Of a stretch of DNA of 42,769 nt, positions 19,946 to 29,176 are shown piece by piece (the stretch's first letter is position 1; the number at the start of each line of letters is the position of its first letter). Source of the DNA: Euryarchaeota archaeon UBA182 (GTDB taxonomy: Archaea > Thermoplasmatota > Poseidoniia > Poseidoniales > Thalassarchaeaceae); the NCBI GenBank assembly GCA_002495675.1, contig DAGH01000018.1:28249-71017 (forward strand), given 5' to 3'. The position numbers and the translations under genes are program-made. The notes under the pieces were generated by a model. It saw nothing but the letters and a program-made list of their open reading frames with translations. It had not been told where the DNA came from and did no database searches.

Positions 19946-20851
19946 ATGTCGAAGGGAGAGATAGTGCTGGGGGCCCTCGCCCCACACCCACCACATGTCG
20001 TGTATGCAGAAAATCCTGATCAAAACGAACCAGTTTCGGAGGGGGGGTGGGAGACCCTAAGATGGGGCTATCATCGCTTGGCGAGAAAACTAGAGACCAT
20101 TGACTATGACGTGATGGTTGTCTTCACGCCCCACTGGCAGACGTACGTAGGAACGCATTTCCTAGGAGTACCACGTTTTTCATCCAAATCCGTCGATCCA
20201 GTCTTTCCCAACATATTCCGCTACAACTACGACCTAGAGGTGGATGTTGACCTCTCAGAGGCGATGTGCAAGGCTGCTTCCGATGCAGGATTGATTACAA
20301 GAATGATGCGTAACCCAGATTTTAGGGTCGACTATGGAACCATAACTTCCTGTCACATGATGAATCCGAGGTGGGACAAGCCAATCATTACCATCAGCTC
20401 CAATCGAAACACACACTACTACTCGCCAGAGGTCATGATCGAGCAGGCGCTAGCGTTGGGCAGGGCCTGCAGGACGGCGATTGAGGAGAGCGGCAAGAGA
20501 GTAGTGCTAGTCAGCAGTCACAGCCTATCCCACAGACACTTCGTGACAGAATCTCCACTGCCCGAAGACATGAGCAAGGAACACATCTACAACCATAGCC
20601 AATATGTCTGGGACATGGCACTCATCGACTTGTTTCGACAGGGCAAGATGAGGGAGGCTATCGACATAATGCCCGAGTTTACTGAGCAGACTATTGCCGA
20701 GACTGAGGGCGGAGGACTCGTTTGGATGATGGGGGCCATGGGGATGCCGGAGTACCCTGCCGAGATATACGGGTACCAATCAGTGATCGGAACTGGCAAT
20801 TGCATCGCGGCATGGGTCCCCCAGCCTGACAAGCGTGAGATAGTGCTGTGA
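19946..20851 (+). CDS. amnB: 2-aminophenol 1,6-dioxygenase beta (catalytic) subunit-like, LigB class extradiol dioxygenase
   Basis: GEIVLGALAPHPPHVVYAENPDQNEPVSEGGWETLRWGY is characteristic of AmnB/CnbCb; PHWQT and SLSHRHF motifs. Confidence 0.85.
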   Translation: MSKGEIVLGALAPHPPHVVYAENPDQNEPVSEGGWETLRWGYHRLARKLETIDYDVMVVFTPHWQTYVGTHFLGVPRFSSKSVDPVFPNIFRYNYDLEVDVDLSEAMCKAASDAGLITRMMRNPDFRVDYGTITSCHMMNPRWDKPIITISSNRNTHYYSPEVMIEQALALGRACRTAIEESGKRVVLVSSHSLSHRHFVTESPLPEDMSKEHIYNHSQYVWDMALIDLFRQGKMREAIDIMPEFTEQTIAETEGGGLVWMMGAMGMPEYPAEIYGYQSVIGTGNCIAAWVPQPDKREIVL

Positions 20852-20861
20852 GGATGAAACC

Positions 20862-21785
20862 ATGGACCATGACATAATTCAATTCGGCCTCTATGTGCCG
20901 CCTCACCCACATCCGCTCCTCTCGCCGGGAGCGAGCGAAGGATACCAGCGTCTGCGTGATGCATTCGATACCTGCAGGGAGAGGATAGAGAACAGCGATG
21001 CGGACCTCATCATCGTGTACTCCACTACATGGCCATCAATCATCGGGCACCAATTCCAAGCTAACCCAAACTCTGAGTGGGTCCATGTGGATGACGATTT
21101 CCACTACCTAGGTAGTATGCCTTATTCGTTCACAATGGACTCAGTTTTTGCTGAAGCTTGCGTCGAGAAGGCAAAGGAAAGGGGACTCCAAGCCAGAACG
21201 GTGAATTATGACGCCTTCCCCATAGACACCGGATCCATCACAGCACTGTCCCTGTTGAATCCAGAAAATAGGATCCCAGCGACCATCGTCTCAAGCAACA
21301 TGTATGCCAACAGGTCTGAGACCATAGTGCTAGGTAAGGCCATTCGCGATGCACTCACGGAAGAAAAAAGGAAAGCAGTTGTTGTGGTAGTATCCAGCTT
21401 GTCGAACAGGATGTTCACCGAACCCATCGATCCTTCCAAAGACCGAATACACAGTCAAAAGGACGATGACTGGAATCGGAAAATACTGGAGTTCTTCGAG
21501 GACGGACGACTCGAGGATCTCAGCCAACTCTCAAGAGAGATACACGGTCAGATCAGGGTCCAAAAAGTAGTCGCCTACAAACCAGCCTGGTGGATGGCTT
21601 CCACGATGGGCCAACACAACAACTACGAAGGCGAAGTTCTGTCCTATGAGGCACTCAACGGGTCTGGTGGAGCAGTTATACAGTTGACACCGTCCGTTGG
21701 CTCGATAGGTGACAAGGAATTCGATGAGGACGATGTGGAATACTACCGTGGCGACAGGAACGTCCTCGACCAAGGGGGAGTCTGA
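20862..21785 (+). CDS. amnA: 2-aminophenol 1,6-dioxygenase alpha subunit-like
   Basis: Paralogous LigB fold (VYSTTW, FPIDTGSI, DDDWNRKIL) with the PHW His replaced; follows the beta subunit. Confidence 0.78.
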   Translation: MDHDIIQFGLYVPPHPHPLLSPGASEGYQRLRDAFDTCRERIENSDADLIIVYSTTWPSIIGHQFQANPNSEWVHVDDDFHYLGSMPYSFTMDSVFAEACVEKAKERGLQARTVNYDAFPIDTGSITALSLLNPENRIPATIVSSNMYANRSETIVLGKAIRDALTEEKRKAVVVVVSSLSNRMFTEPIDPSKDRIHSQKDDDWNRKILEFFEDGRLEDLSQLSREIHGQIRVQKVVAYKPAWWMASTMGQHNNYEGEVLSYEALNGSGGAVIQLTPSVGSIGDKEFDEDDVEYYRGDRNVLDQGGV

Positions 21786-21787
21786 TT

Positions 21788-22207
21788 TTGAGGGATGGCC
21801 CGATCTACTCCGAAAATGCACCAAAGGCCGTAGGCTCCTACCCTCACGCATTCGGGTCGGGGGACCTGATCTTCGTGAGTGGGGTGGGGCCTAGGCAGAA
21901 AAATACCGATGAAATACCCGGGGGCCCCACGAGGGGGCCTGATGGTCAAAACATGGATTATGACATAAAGATGCAGACGAGGGCCGTGATAGAGAACATT
22001 AAAGCGATTTTACAGGACGCTGGGTCCTCACTTGAAAAAGTAGTAGATTGCACATCGTTTCTGGTTGACATGGAGCGAGATTTCAAGGGCTACAATGAAG
22101 TGTACGCAGAGTATTTCTCTGATATACAATGCTCTAGGACTACCGTCGAGGTTGGCTCACTTCCAACACCCATTGCAGTGGAGTTGAAGGTAATTGCGAC
22201 CAGGTAG
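21788..22207 (+). CDS. RidA family protein, probable 2-aminomuconate deaminase
   Basis: APKAVGSYPHA, FVSGVGPR, RTTVEVGSLPTPIAVELK; in operon with the dioxygenase genes. Confidence 0.85.
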   Translation: MRDGPIYSENAPKAVGSYPHAFGSGDLIFVSGVGPRQKNTDEIPGGPTRGPDGQNMDYDIKMQTRAVIENIKAILQDAGSSLEKVVDCTSFLVDMERDFKGYNEVYAEYFSDIQCSRTTVEVGSLPTPIAVELKVIATR

Positions 22208-22230
22208 TCGTTGTAGCAAAAAAAACCTGA

Positions 22231-22764
22231 TCAGTTGCAACCGCAACCGGGGCCGCAGGAGTCTGCCTTCGAAACCTGATGTTGAACGCCTCCCGGTCCG
22301 TGAACATGACCATGGGCGACCTCGTCCTTTGTTGCCTCTCTTACATCGACTACCTCGACCGAGAACTCGAGCGTCTTTCCGGCCATGACGTGGTTGAAGT
22401 CCACAGTCACTTGGTCTCCGTCGATCTTGGTGATCGTGAACATTGTCATGCCCCCTCCCTCTGTCTGAGCATAACTTGACATTCCAACCTCGATGGGCAT
22501 CGCAGTTCCGAAGACACTCTTGTCAACCACTTGGAACATACTTTCATCCCTCTCTCCGTAGGCTCTGTTTGGGGCGAGCTTGAAGGTCCTCTCGTCCCCG
22601 ATGCTTGCACCCATTAATTCTTCTTCAAAGCCGGAAATCATCTTTTTGTGGCCTACCAAGAATGTCAGGGGCTCACCACCTTGATTTGTATCGAATATCT
22701 CACCATCTTCGAACTTTCCTGTGTAGAAAACCCTCGCGACGGTGTCGTTTGCTACTGTGCTCAT
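22231..22764 (-). CDS. slyD: FKBP-type peptidyl-prolyl isomerase, SlyD-like
   Basis: GFEEEL.G, AYGERD, VDFNHVMAGKTLEF, His/Cys metal-binding tail HGHVHGPGG...CGPGCGC. Confidence 0.92.
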   Translation of the reverse strand: MSTVANDTVARVFYTGKFEDGEIFDTNQGGEPLTFLVGHKKMISGFEEELMGASIGDERTFKLAPNRAYGERDESMFQVVDKSVFGTAMPIEVGMSSYAQTEGGGMTMFTITKIDGDQVTVDFNHVMAGKTLEFSVEVVDVREATKDEVAHGHVHGPGGVQHQVSKADSCGPGCGCN

Positions 22765-22860
22765 GATTATCGCAACAGGGGGTCCCTTGTATTGTTATGG
22801 GTTTTCAGTATCTGCTGATTACGAGCATAATTTCAACAATGGGTGCTCAATGGGTTCATC

Positions 22861-24561
22861 ATGGAGAAAGGGTCAAATGGTGGATTTGATCCAAAGAAAG
22901 AGATTTTCAAGCCTCTAGATGTTTCAGAGAGCCTCGAGAGAAGTTTGGGTCTGTACGGATTGATTGCTATATCCCTGTCAGCGACCCTGGGGAGCACCCT
23001 CTTCGTCATCCCCGCGCTGGGGGCAGACACACTTGCAGAACAAGGCGGGACAGGCGCAGGATTATGGCTAGCATTCATTGTCGCTGGGGTAGTAGTCCTA
23101 CCGAGTGCCCTCTCAAAGGCAGAATTAGGAACAGCGATGCCGTCCTCAGGGGGTTCCTACGTTTACATCCGCCAGACTTATGGAGCTTGGATGGGAATGA
23201 TATCTGGTCTAGGGCTTTGGGCCTCCTTCGGATTGAAATCCGCATTTGCACTGATAGGATTCAGTGCCTACATTTACGCGATTCAAGAGCCACTCGGATT
23301 CGAGTTCACTGAGACAATGTCCAAGGTCATTGCAATTTTCCTGCTTTCACTCATCGTAATGGTCAACATAATGGGCGTCAAGAGCATAAAGAAGATTCAG
23401 ATCCCTATCGTCGGAATATCAGTCCTGTTCATCTTGTCACTGACGGTACTGGCGGCGGGTGACCCATCCTTTGAATGGGGGAAACCAATAGACGCACAAG
23501 CATTCTCGCAGGACGGCCTTTTCTCAAGGAATGGCATGACCAACCTTGGTACAGCATCAGCCTTTGTGTTCCTATCCTTCGCTGGTGTCACCAAGATCGC
23601 CGCAGTTGCTGGGGAGATCAAGTCCCCATCTGAGAACCTTCCTAGGAGCATGATTTGGACTTTGGTTTTGGCCACGGCAATCTATGTCTTGGTGTCCTAC
23701 TTTCTATTCGGTATGCTGGAACCAAGCGAACTCGGCATTGGCACGGACAAGCCAGACAAAGCCCCAATCCACACATTTGCAGTCGAAGTTGGGGGAACGA
23801 ATCTTGGACTTTTAGCAGCGGCGGTGGCCATTATTTCGATGGCGGGAATGGCACTATCAGGGGTCCTGGGCTCCTCTCGATTCATCTTCGCGATGTCGAG
23901 GGACAATCTCATCCCCCAGGTCTTCGAGGAGCTGAATCCAAAATACGAGACTCCCCACTATGCAATCATCATCACTGGCGCGGCCATGGCAGTTGCCATA
24001 CTGACCATCCCGGTAGGTGACGTGGCGAAACTAGCTTCTGGGTTCAAGATCATGATTTTCATGCTCATAAATTCCACCGTGATAGTATTGAGATGGCTAC
24101 CAGATGGAGAAACGTGGTATACACCGTCCTTCAAGAGCCCAATGTTTCCTGCGATGCAGTTTTTTGGAGTAATCTCAGGGCTGATACTCTTACTCTTGAT
24201 GGGTATCAGCGCACTCATAGGAGCCTCAGCTGCGGTTGGGATTGGCACAATGATCTACCTCTCATACGGCAGGAAGCGAGCAGAGGAAAGCCTAACACCA
24301 TGGAGCATCATTAGGTCCAGAATGCTCAACAAGGAACAATACGAAGTCAAGAAGTTATGGCTCGTCTTTAACGCCTGCGCCCATCCCCAAAACTCCAGTC
24401 ACCTGACGCTGAAGGAATTCACCAAGGCGCTTGGGGTGCTTGAGCCGCCGGCAGAATCTTCCCGCGTTGAATCATTGTTCAATCAGATAGACGCCGATGG
24501 GGATGGAAAAATAGACATCGAGGAATTCATTCAATCGATGTCCGCCGAATCTACGAGTTAG
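22861..24561 (+). CDS. APC family amino acid permease with C-terminal EF-hand pair
   Basis: LERSLGL, AELGTAMPSSGGSY, AGEIKSPSENLPRS, SRFIFAMSRD; EF-hand DADGDGKIDIEE. Confidence 0.9.
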   Translation: MEKGSNGGFDPKKEIFKPLDVSESLERSLGLYGLIAISLSATLGSTLFVIPALGADTLAEQGGTGAGLWLAFIVAGVVVLPSALSKAELGTAMPSSGGSYVYIRQTYGAWMGMISGLGLWASFGLKSAFALIGFSAYIYAIQEPLGFEFTETMSKVIAIFLLSLIVMVNIMGVKSIKKIQIPIVGISVLFILSLTVLAAGDPSFEWGKPIDAQAFSQDGLFSRNGMTNLGTASAFVFLSFAGVTKIAAVAGEIKSPSENLPRSMIWTLVLATAIYVLVSYFLFGMLEPSELGIGTDKPDKAPIHTFAVEVGGTNLGLLAAAVAIISMAGMALSGVLGSSRFIFAMSRDNLIPQVFEELNPKYETPHYAIIITGAAMAVAILTIPVGDVAKLASGFKIMIFMLINSTVIVLRWLPDGETWYTPSFKSPMFPAMQFFGVISGLILLLLMGISALIGASAAVGIGTMIYLSYGRKRAEESLTPWSIIRSRMLNKEQYEVKKLWLVFNACAHPQNSSHLTLKEFTKALGVLEPPAESSRVESLFNQIDADGDGKIDIEEFIQSMSAESTS

Positions 24562-25646
24562 AATAAGTCATCATCATCATCAGTCGTATCGTCTTCGAAG
24601 GACATCATGGTTGAGGCTTTTTTCGGTTTTGGTGGATCCTTGGCCGGGGTTTCTACGACATCCTGTGGTACAGGGGCGTCCACGGTGGGAGTATCAGCCC
24701 CCTCTGATCTAGCCATCACTCTCATACGCTGTTCGTCCCGGGCCATGATCTCCAGTAGCCTTTCCCTGGCCTTGTCATGATGTTGTTGCATGAACATGGC
24801 ATCGTGTTCCAACAATGGAGAGTCCGAGATTATTGTCAAGTCCATCCAGTCCCCATCCTCAGCGAGGAACTCGGCAAACGGCTCGAATTTGAGGTCTGAC
24901 TTCTTAATCTGGGTGTAGTGGAGTGCATTACCCATTCTATGTTCGACTCCCGCGAAGTGGCAGTAGAACTTGCTTCCCCCTAATCGGGTCCTGACTTTGT
25001 CGAATAATTCAGCATAATCTTCACTGGTTCTCATGCAACCATGCCCTCTGGCGTGTATGTGCGCCATGTTCAGAACCGGAACCGTCCCAGGGACGTGATT
25101 TACGACCTCCAATACCTCATCAACTGTGCCCCACAACTCCTGCCGCCCTGAAGTTTCTATTCCGATAAGGGGGGGCTCTTCACTGTGGACCCATGGGAAT
25201 GCAGCGTAATCCTCCTCCTCTTCCGGTCTGCCCCAGATTTCTCTTATTCTGTCCACGATTCCAGCGAAGATCGTCGCCACCTTCTCATTAGCTTCCCTGC
25301 CGGGCCCCTCCTCGCCATACGGGCCAACATGGAAAACGACGTGCCTAGCGTTCACGATCTTGGATACTTGAAGGGCGACCTCAAATTTCGTCAAGGTCCG
25401 ATTTCGTTCTCTTGTGTTCCCCAAGAGCTCTGCATAGTAGGGTCCGTGGAGGTTCATTTGGAAACCGGTCTTGTATGATAGGATGCCTGCTTGCCAATAT
25501 TGGTCAAAGTGGGCAGGCTGAATCGTTCTGACCGTCTGGATTTCCATGGTCTCTAATCCCAGAACTGTGATGTCATCCATGCCCTCTACTATTGTCCGCC
25601 CCTTGCAAGACAAAGGCACGCCTGCAGGTCCTAGTCTTAGTGGCAT
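24558..25646 (-). CDS. Endonuclease IV-like TIM-barrel protein
   Basis: LGPAGVP, LHGPYY, VVFHVG, IETSGRQ, NMAHIHAR, CHFAGVE, IISDSPLLEHDA; acidic C-tail; SD GGAGGT upstream. Confidence 0.85.
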   Translation of the reverse strand: MPLRLGPAGVPLSCKGRTIVEGMDDITVLGLETMEIQTVRTIQPAHFDQYWQAGILSYKTGFQMNLHGPYYAELLGNTRERNRTLTKFEVALQVSKIVNARHVVFHVGPYGEEGPGREANEKVATIFAGIVDRIREIWGRPEEEEDYAAFPWVHSEEPPLIGIETSGRQELWGTVDEVLEVVNHVPGTVPVLNMAHIHARGHGCMRTSEDYAELFDKVRTRLGGSKFYCHFAGVEHRMGNALHYTQIKKSDLKFEPFAEFLAEDGDWMDLTIISDSPLLEHDAMFMQQHHDKARERLLEIMARDEQRMRVMARSEGADTPTVDAPVPQDVVETPAKDPPKPKKASTMMSFEDDTTDDDDDLF

Positions 25647-25711
25647 CCCGTGACCTCCGGGTCCGCCGAAAGGACACCGACTTCTAAAATGATGGACTAG
25701 AAGTACGGGAT

Positions 25712-26338
25712 TCACATACCCGCTGAGCGCCTGATCCCCTCGCTTGAATAACTACTTGAGGGCAAGTTCAGAAGCATCCTACTGACCAGTGACTGTATGC
25801 TCCTGCTATCAGAGACCCCTGTTTCAACTCCGAGGCTATGATGGATTTCGACTCCACCGTTGTGAACGTCGAGTATCGCCACTATGGAAACAAGGCCTCT
25901 GGAACGCAACAGATCCCCTACCCTCTTCTCATCCACCCCCTCCAGCCGTGCGATCCAAGACCTGCCTTCTGAGGTCATGGAAATGAAACCAATTTGACGG
26001 ATCCGCTCTACAATCGACCCCCATGCTCGATCAAAGTCCATATTTTCACGCTCATCGACGATGACCACCGTCTTAGCCCCCTCCAGCTCTGCGAAGACCA
26101 TTGCAGCACCTGTCGCAGATGCTGCGGATTCAGACTTTCCGAAAGACGAGGCTTCGATCAATAACCAATGGGCCCCCGATAATGAGGACCTAACATCGAA
26201 CTTCGAATGGTCGAAATTTTCATCCCCGGCGTTAAACCAAGCGCAATCGTGTCCGCTAGCACCCAGATCTGCGACTATCTGCATCGCAATGCCATCGTTG
26301 GAGCCCAAGCCCACGATTTTTATCCTAGTCGACTCCAA
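25712..26338 (-). CDS. Hypothetical protein
   Basis: 208-aa ORF tightly packed in the fhs-pelota-endoIV string; no motif recognised. Confidence 0.65.
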   Translation of the reverse strand: MESTRIKIVGLGSNDGIAMQIVADLGASGHDCAWFNAGDENFDHSKFDVRSSLSGAHWLLIEASSFGKSESAASATGAAMVFAELEGAKTVVIVDERENMDFDRAWGSIVERIRQIGFISMTSEGRSWIARLEGVDEKRVGDLLRSRGLVSIVAILDVHNGGVEIHHSLGVETGVSDSRSIQSLVSRMLLNLPSSSYSSEGIRRSAGM

Positions 26339-26339
26339 T

Positions 26340-27389
26340 CTACGGCCTCCACCTCAACAACGCGATGGCTCTGCCAAACCCAAGCAGTTGTTGACCTGCG
26401 TCATGATCAACCGATGCTTGGATAACCTCTCCCCCATTTTCCCCGACCAATCGAACAATACCACCCCAGCGATCCTTGTATGAAGGATCCCTAATCAACG
26501 ACGCGTCGATAACGAGACATTCAACTGCGCCCTCTTCGGCACAAGATCGAATCTCTTCTATGCCATATGCGACTGCTCCGTCAGTGGACACCCTCCTGAG
26601 AGACTCCTCTATGGCCCGAACTTCATGAATCACCGAATATTCCCCTAGAACACTGTCGGCTAGACCGTCCGAGATTACCTCATTGGCCGCGGCACGCCCA
26701 CCAATCGATGTCCCCACGTTCACGATCTTTTCAGACATGCTGAACTCACGGAATAACGTCTCAAAGCCCTCTCTGGCGATTCCCGGCCCACAGATAATTA
26801 CTGGCATTGAAGAGGAAAAGACCAGACTGGTCTCTCTTGCCACTCTACTGAAAAACTCTGACCTAACAGCGGTAGAGTCTTTCCCCCATTTTCCGCCCCC
26901 CCTCATGTTGAATGATGAAATGTCTCTGATGCCGTATTTCGCAACCTCAAACAGAAGGACTTCGTCGTTCTCAACCACGATTAGCCCCACTCGCGGTCTA
27001 CTGCCTTCTAGTACGGCAGAACTGATCAGATCTAAGTCGGGCTGCCCGATCCCCCCCTCTCTGGAAATTTCGACCTCAGAGCCGATTTCAATGGTGTGTG
27101 TGTGGTAGGACCCAATGTCGACCGGACCTTCCACGATCACGCCCTGAAGTCTCAAATTATCTGAGAATGGATGAAAACTTGTTTCCTCAACCCTCAAGGC
27201 TATCCACATGGGCTTCCTTTCTGCCTGCTTTGACCTTCCGCCTTCTTGTGTGCCGGTGGTAGAGTCACGTCTGTGAGTCAACATCCCCACTTCCGCACCC
27301 TCCGTGCAAACCTTGGATAGCGTCCATAGGTCATCCTCGTCATCCACTCGGATCCTAATCCCCGTTTCTGTCTCGGATACTATCCTCAT
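26340..27389 (-). CDS. pelA: Pelota (mRNA surveillance / ribosome rescue factor)
   Basis: DDLWTL, FHPFSDNLRLQG, GSYHT, VAYG...GAVE.L, HDAGQQLLGFG.AIALLRW. Confidence 0.92.
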   Translation of the reverse strand: MRIVSETETGIRIRVDDEDDLWTLSKVCTEGAEVGMLTHRRDSTTGTQEGGRSKQAERKPMWIALRVEETSFHPFSDNLRLQGVIVEGPVDIGSYHTHTIEIGSEVEISREGGIGQPDLDLISSAVLEGSRPRVGLIVVENDEVLLFEVAKYGIRDISSFNMRGGGKWGKDSTAVRSEFFSRVARETSLVFSSSMPVIICGPGIAREGFETLFREFSMSEKIVNVGTSIGGRAAANEVISDGLADSVLGEYSVIHEVRAIEESLRRVSTDGAVAYGIEEIRSCAEEGAVECLVIDASLIRDPSYKDRWGGIVRLVGENGGEVIQASVDHDAGQQLLGFGRAIALLRWRP

Positions 27390-27398
27390 GACAGCACC

Positions 27399-29117
27399 TC
27401 AGCCGAAGACTCCGAACAATTGACCTTCTTCATCGATGTCCATTCCCGCGGCGCCAGGTACCTTTGGCAGCCCAGGCATCGTCATCATGGAACCACATAT
27501 GACCACCACAAAACCCGCTCCGGCGTTCAACCTCACCTCACGTATGGGCAACTCGTAACCAGTTGGCGCTCCAAGCAAGTCCGCCCTGTGTGAGAAGGAG
27601 TACTGCGTCTTCGCCATGCAAACCGGTAGGCCCCCATAGCCCCACGATTCAATTCTCTCCACGGCCATTAGGACATCCTCGGGGAATTTCACTGAATCAG
27701 CCCCATAGAGTCCTGTCCCAATAGTCGAGATTTTTTCTAGAATACTAGCATCGCGAGGGACCAGTGGATTGTAGGGCCTTCCTGCAGAGACATGGCCTTC
27801 AACCGACTCCAAAACTGATCTTGCCAATTCGACTGCGCCCTCGCCGCCCTTCCCGTGTCCCTCGAAAAGAACCACCTCTCTGGCGCCGTTCGCTAGGGCG
27901 ATGTCCTTGATGGAAGATAGCTCGCGGTCCGTGTCGGTGCTGAATCTGTTGATCGAGACAACCACGGGAATCCCAGTACGCGTGAGATTGGCCAAATGAC
28001 GAGCCATGTTCGTCGATGCTCCAATCAAAGTTGCTTCTACGTTCTCAGTGGCAAGCTCCTCGCTAGTGGGCCTTCGAGACCCTTTATCTCCAAAAGCCCC
28101 CCCATGGAGTTTCATTGATCGCACCGTCACGTTCAAGACTATGCAATCTGGGATTACCCCAGATGAATCTGATTTTATCTGAAGAGCCTTTTCCGCCCCC
28201 ATGTCGGCACCAAAGCCTGCCTCAGTGACAACGTAATCGCACGTTGACAATGCGATGGAGTCCGCCACAACAGAGGAATTACCATGCGCAATGTTGGCAA
28301 ATGGCCCGCAATGTATGAATGCAGGATCGCCCTCAAGAGTTTGAACCAAGTTCGGGAGAAATGCATCCCTGAGAAGCAATGCCATCGCCCCACCAGCATT
28401 TAGTTGATCAGCGGTCACGGGCGCGCCATCCATGTCCGATGCCACTACAACCCGTCCCAACCTTTCTCGCAAATCGCGGTAATCCTTGGAAAGCGCCAAT
28501 ATCGCCATCACCTCACTTGCAGCAGTGATATCGAACCTTTCTTTTCGAATCGGGCCATTGACCTTTGCACCCTGGCCGATGGTTATCGAACGGAGGCTTC
28601 TGTCGTTCATATCCATGACTCTGGGCCAGAAGACCGAGTCTGTGTCTATGTTCAGAACATTTCCTTTATTCAGGTGGTTATCGAGCATGGCAGATAGGAG
28701 ATTGTGGGCCATTGAAACAGCATGCAGGTCACCTGTGAAGTGGAGGTTGATGTCCTCCATGGGCAATACCTGGGAATATCCTCCTCCGGCAGCCCCTCCC
28801 TTTATTCCGAAAACAGGGCCCATGGAAGGCTCGCGAATCACGCAGCATGACTTTTTCCCCGATCGGTTCAGTCCTTGATTCAAACCAATGGTCGTGACTG
28901 TTTTCCCCTCCCCAAACGGAGTTGGGTTGACACTCGTAACCAGAATCAACTTCCCTTTGCCAGACCCACGGCTTTCCTTCAGTCTTGTCCAGTTTACCTT
29001 CGCTATGTGCGGGCCGTGCAACCTCAGGTCATCTCTGTCCAGTCCTATCGATTCTGCAACTTCTCGTATTGGCAACAATTCGGCTTGCCTCGCAATCTCA
29101 AGGTCGGAATCCATCAT
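27399..29117 (-). CDS. fhs: Formate--tetrahydrofolate ligase
   Basis: TPFGEGKT, GIKGGAAGGGYSQV, HCGPFANIAHG, VTEAGFGADMG, CMAKTQYS, MTMPGL. Confidence 0.96.
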   Translation of the reverse strand: MMDSDLEIARQAELLPIREVAESIGLDRDDLRLHGPHIAKVNWTRLKESRGSGKGKLILVTSVNPTPFGEGKTVTTIGLNQGLNRSGKKSCCVIREPSMGPVFGIKGGAAGGGYSQVLPMEDINLHFTGDLHAVSMAHNLLSAMLDNHLNKGNVLNIDTDSVFWPRVMDMNDRSLRSITIGQGAKVNGPIRKERFDITAASEVMAILALSKDYRDLRERLGRVVVASDMDGAPVTADQLNAGGAMALLLRDAFLPNLVQTLEGDPAFIHCGPFANIAHGNSSVVADSIALSTCDYVVTEAGFGADMGAEKALQIKSDSSGVIPDCIVLNVTVRSMKLHGGAFGDKGSRRPTSEELATENVEATLIGASTNMARHLANLTRTGIPVVVSINRFSTDTDRELSSIKDIALANGAREVVLFEGHGKGGEGAVELARSVLESVEGHVSAGRPYNPLVPRDASILEKISTIGTGLYGADSVKFPEDVLMAVERIESWGYGGLPVCMAKTQYSFSHRADLLGAPTGYELPIREVRLNAGAGFVVVICGSMMTMPGLPKVPGAAGMDIDEEGQLFGVFG

Positions 29118-29176
29118 CCGGCCGACGGCAAACCCCACTTGAAACCTTCATCCGATACTGGGTGGTGGGACCCCCA

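Noticed and set aside
25645-25711. Hammerhead ribozyme or C/D sRNA reading of the three-way junction
   Set aside because: No CUGAnGA core or properly placed C/D boxes on either strand.
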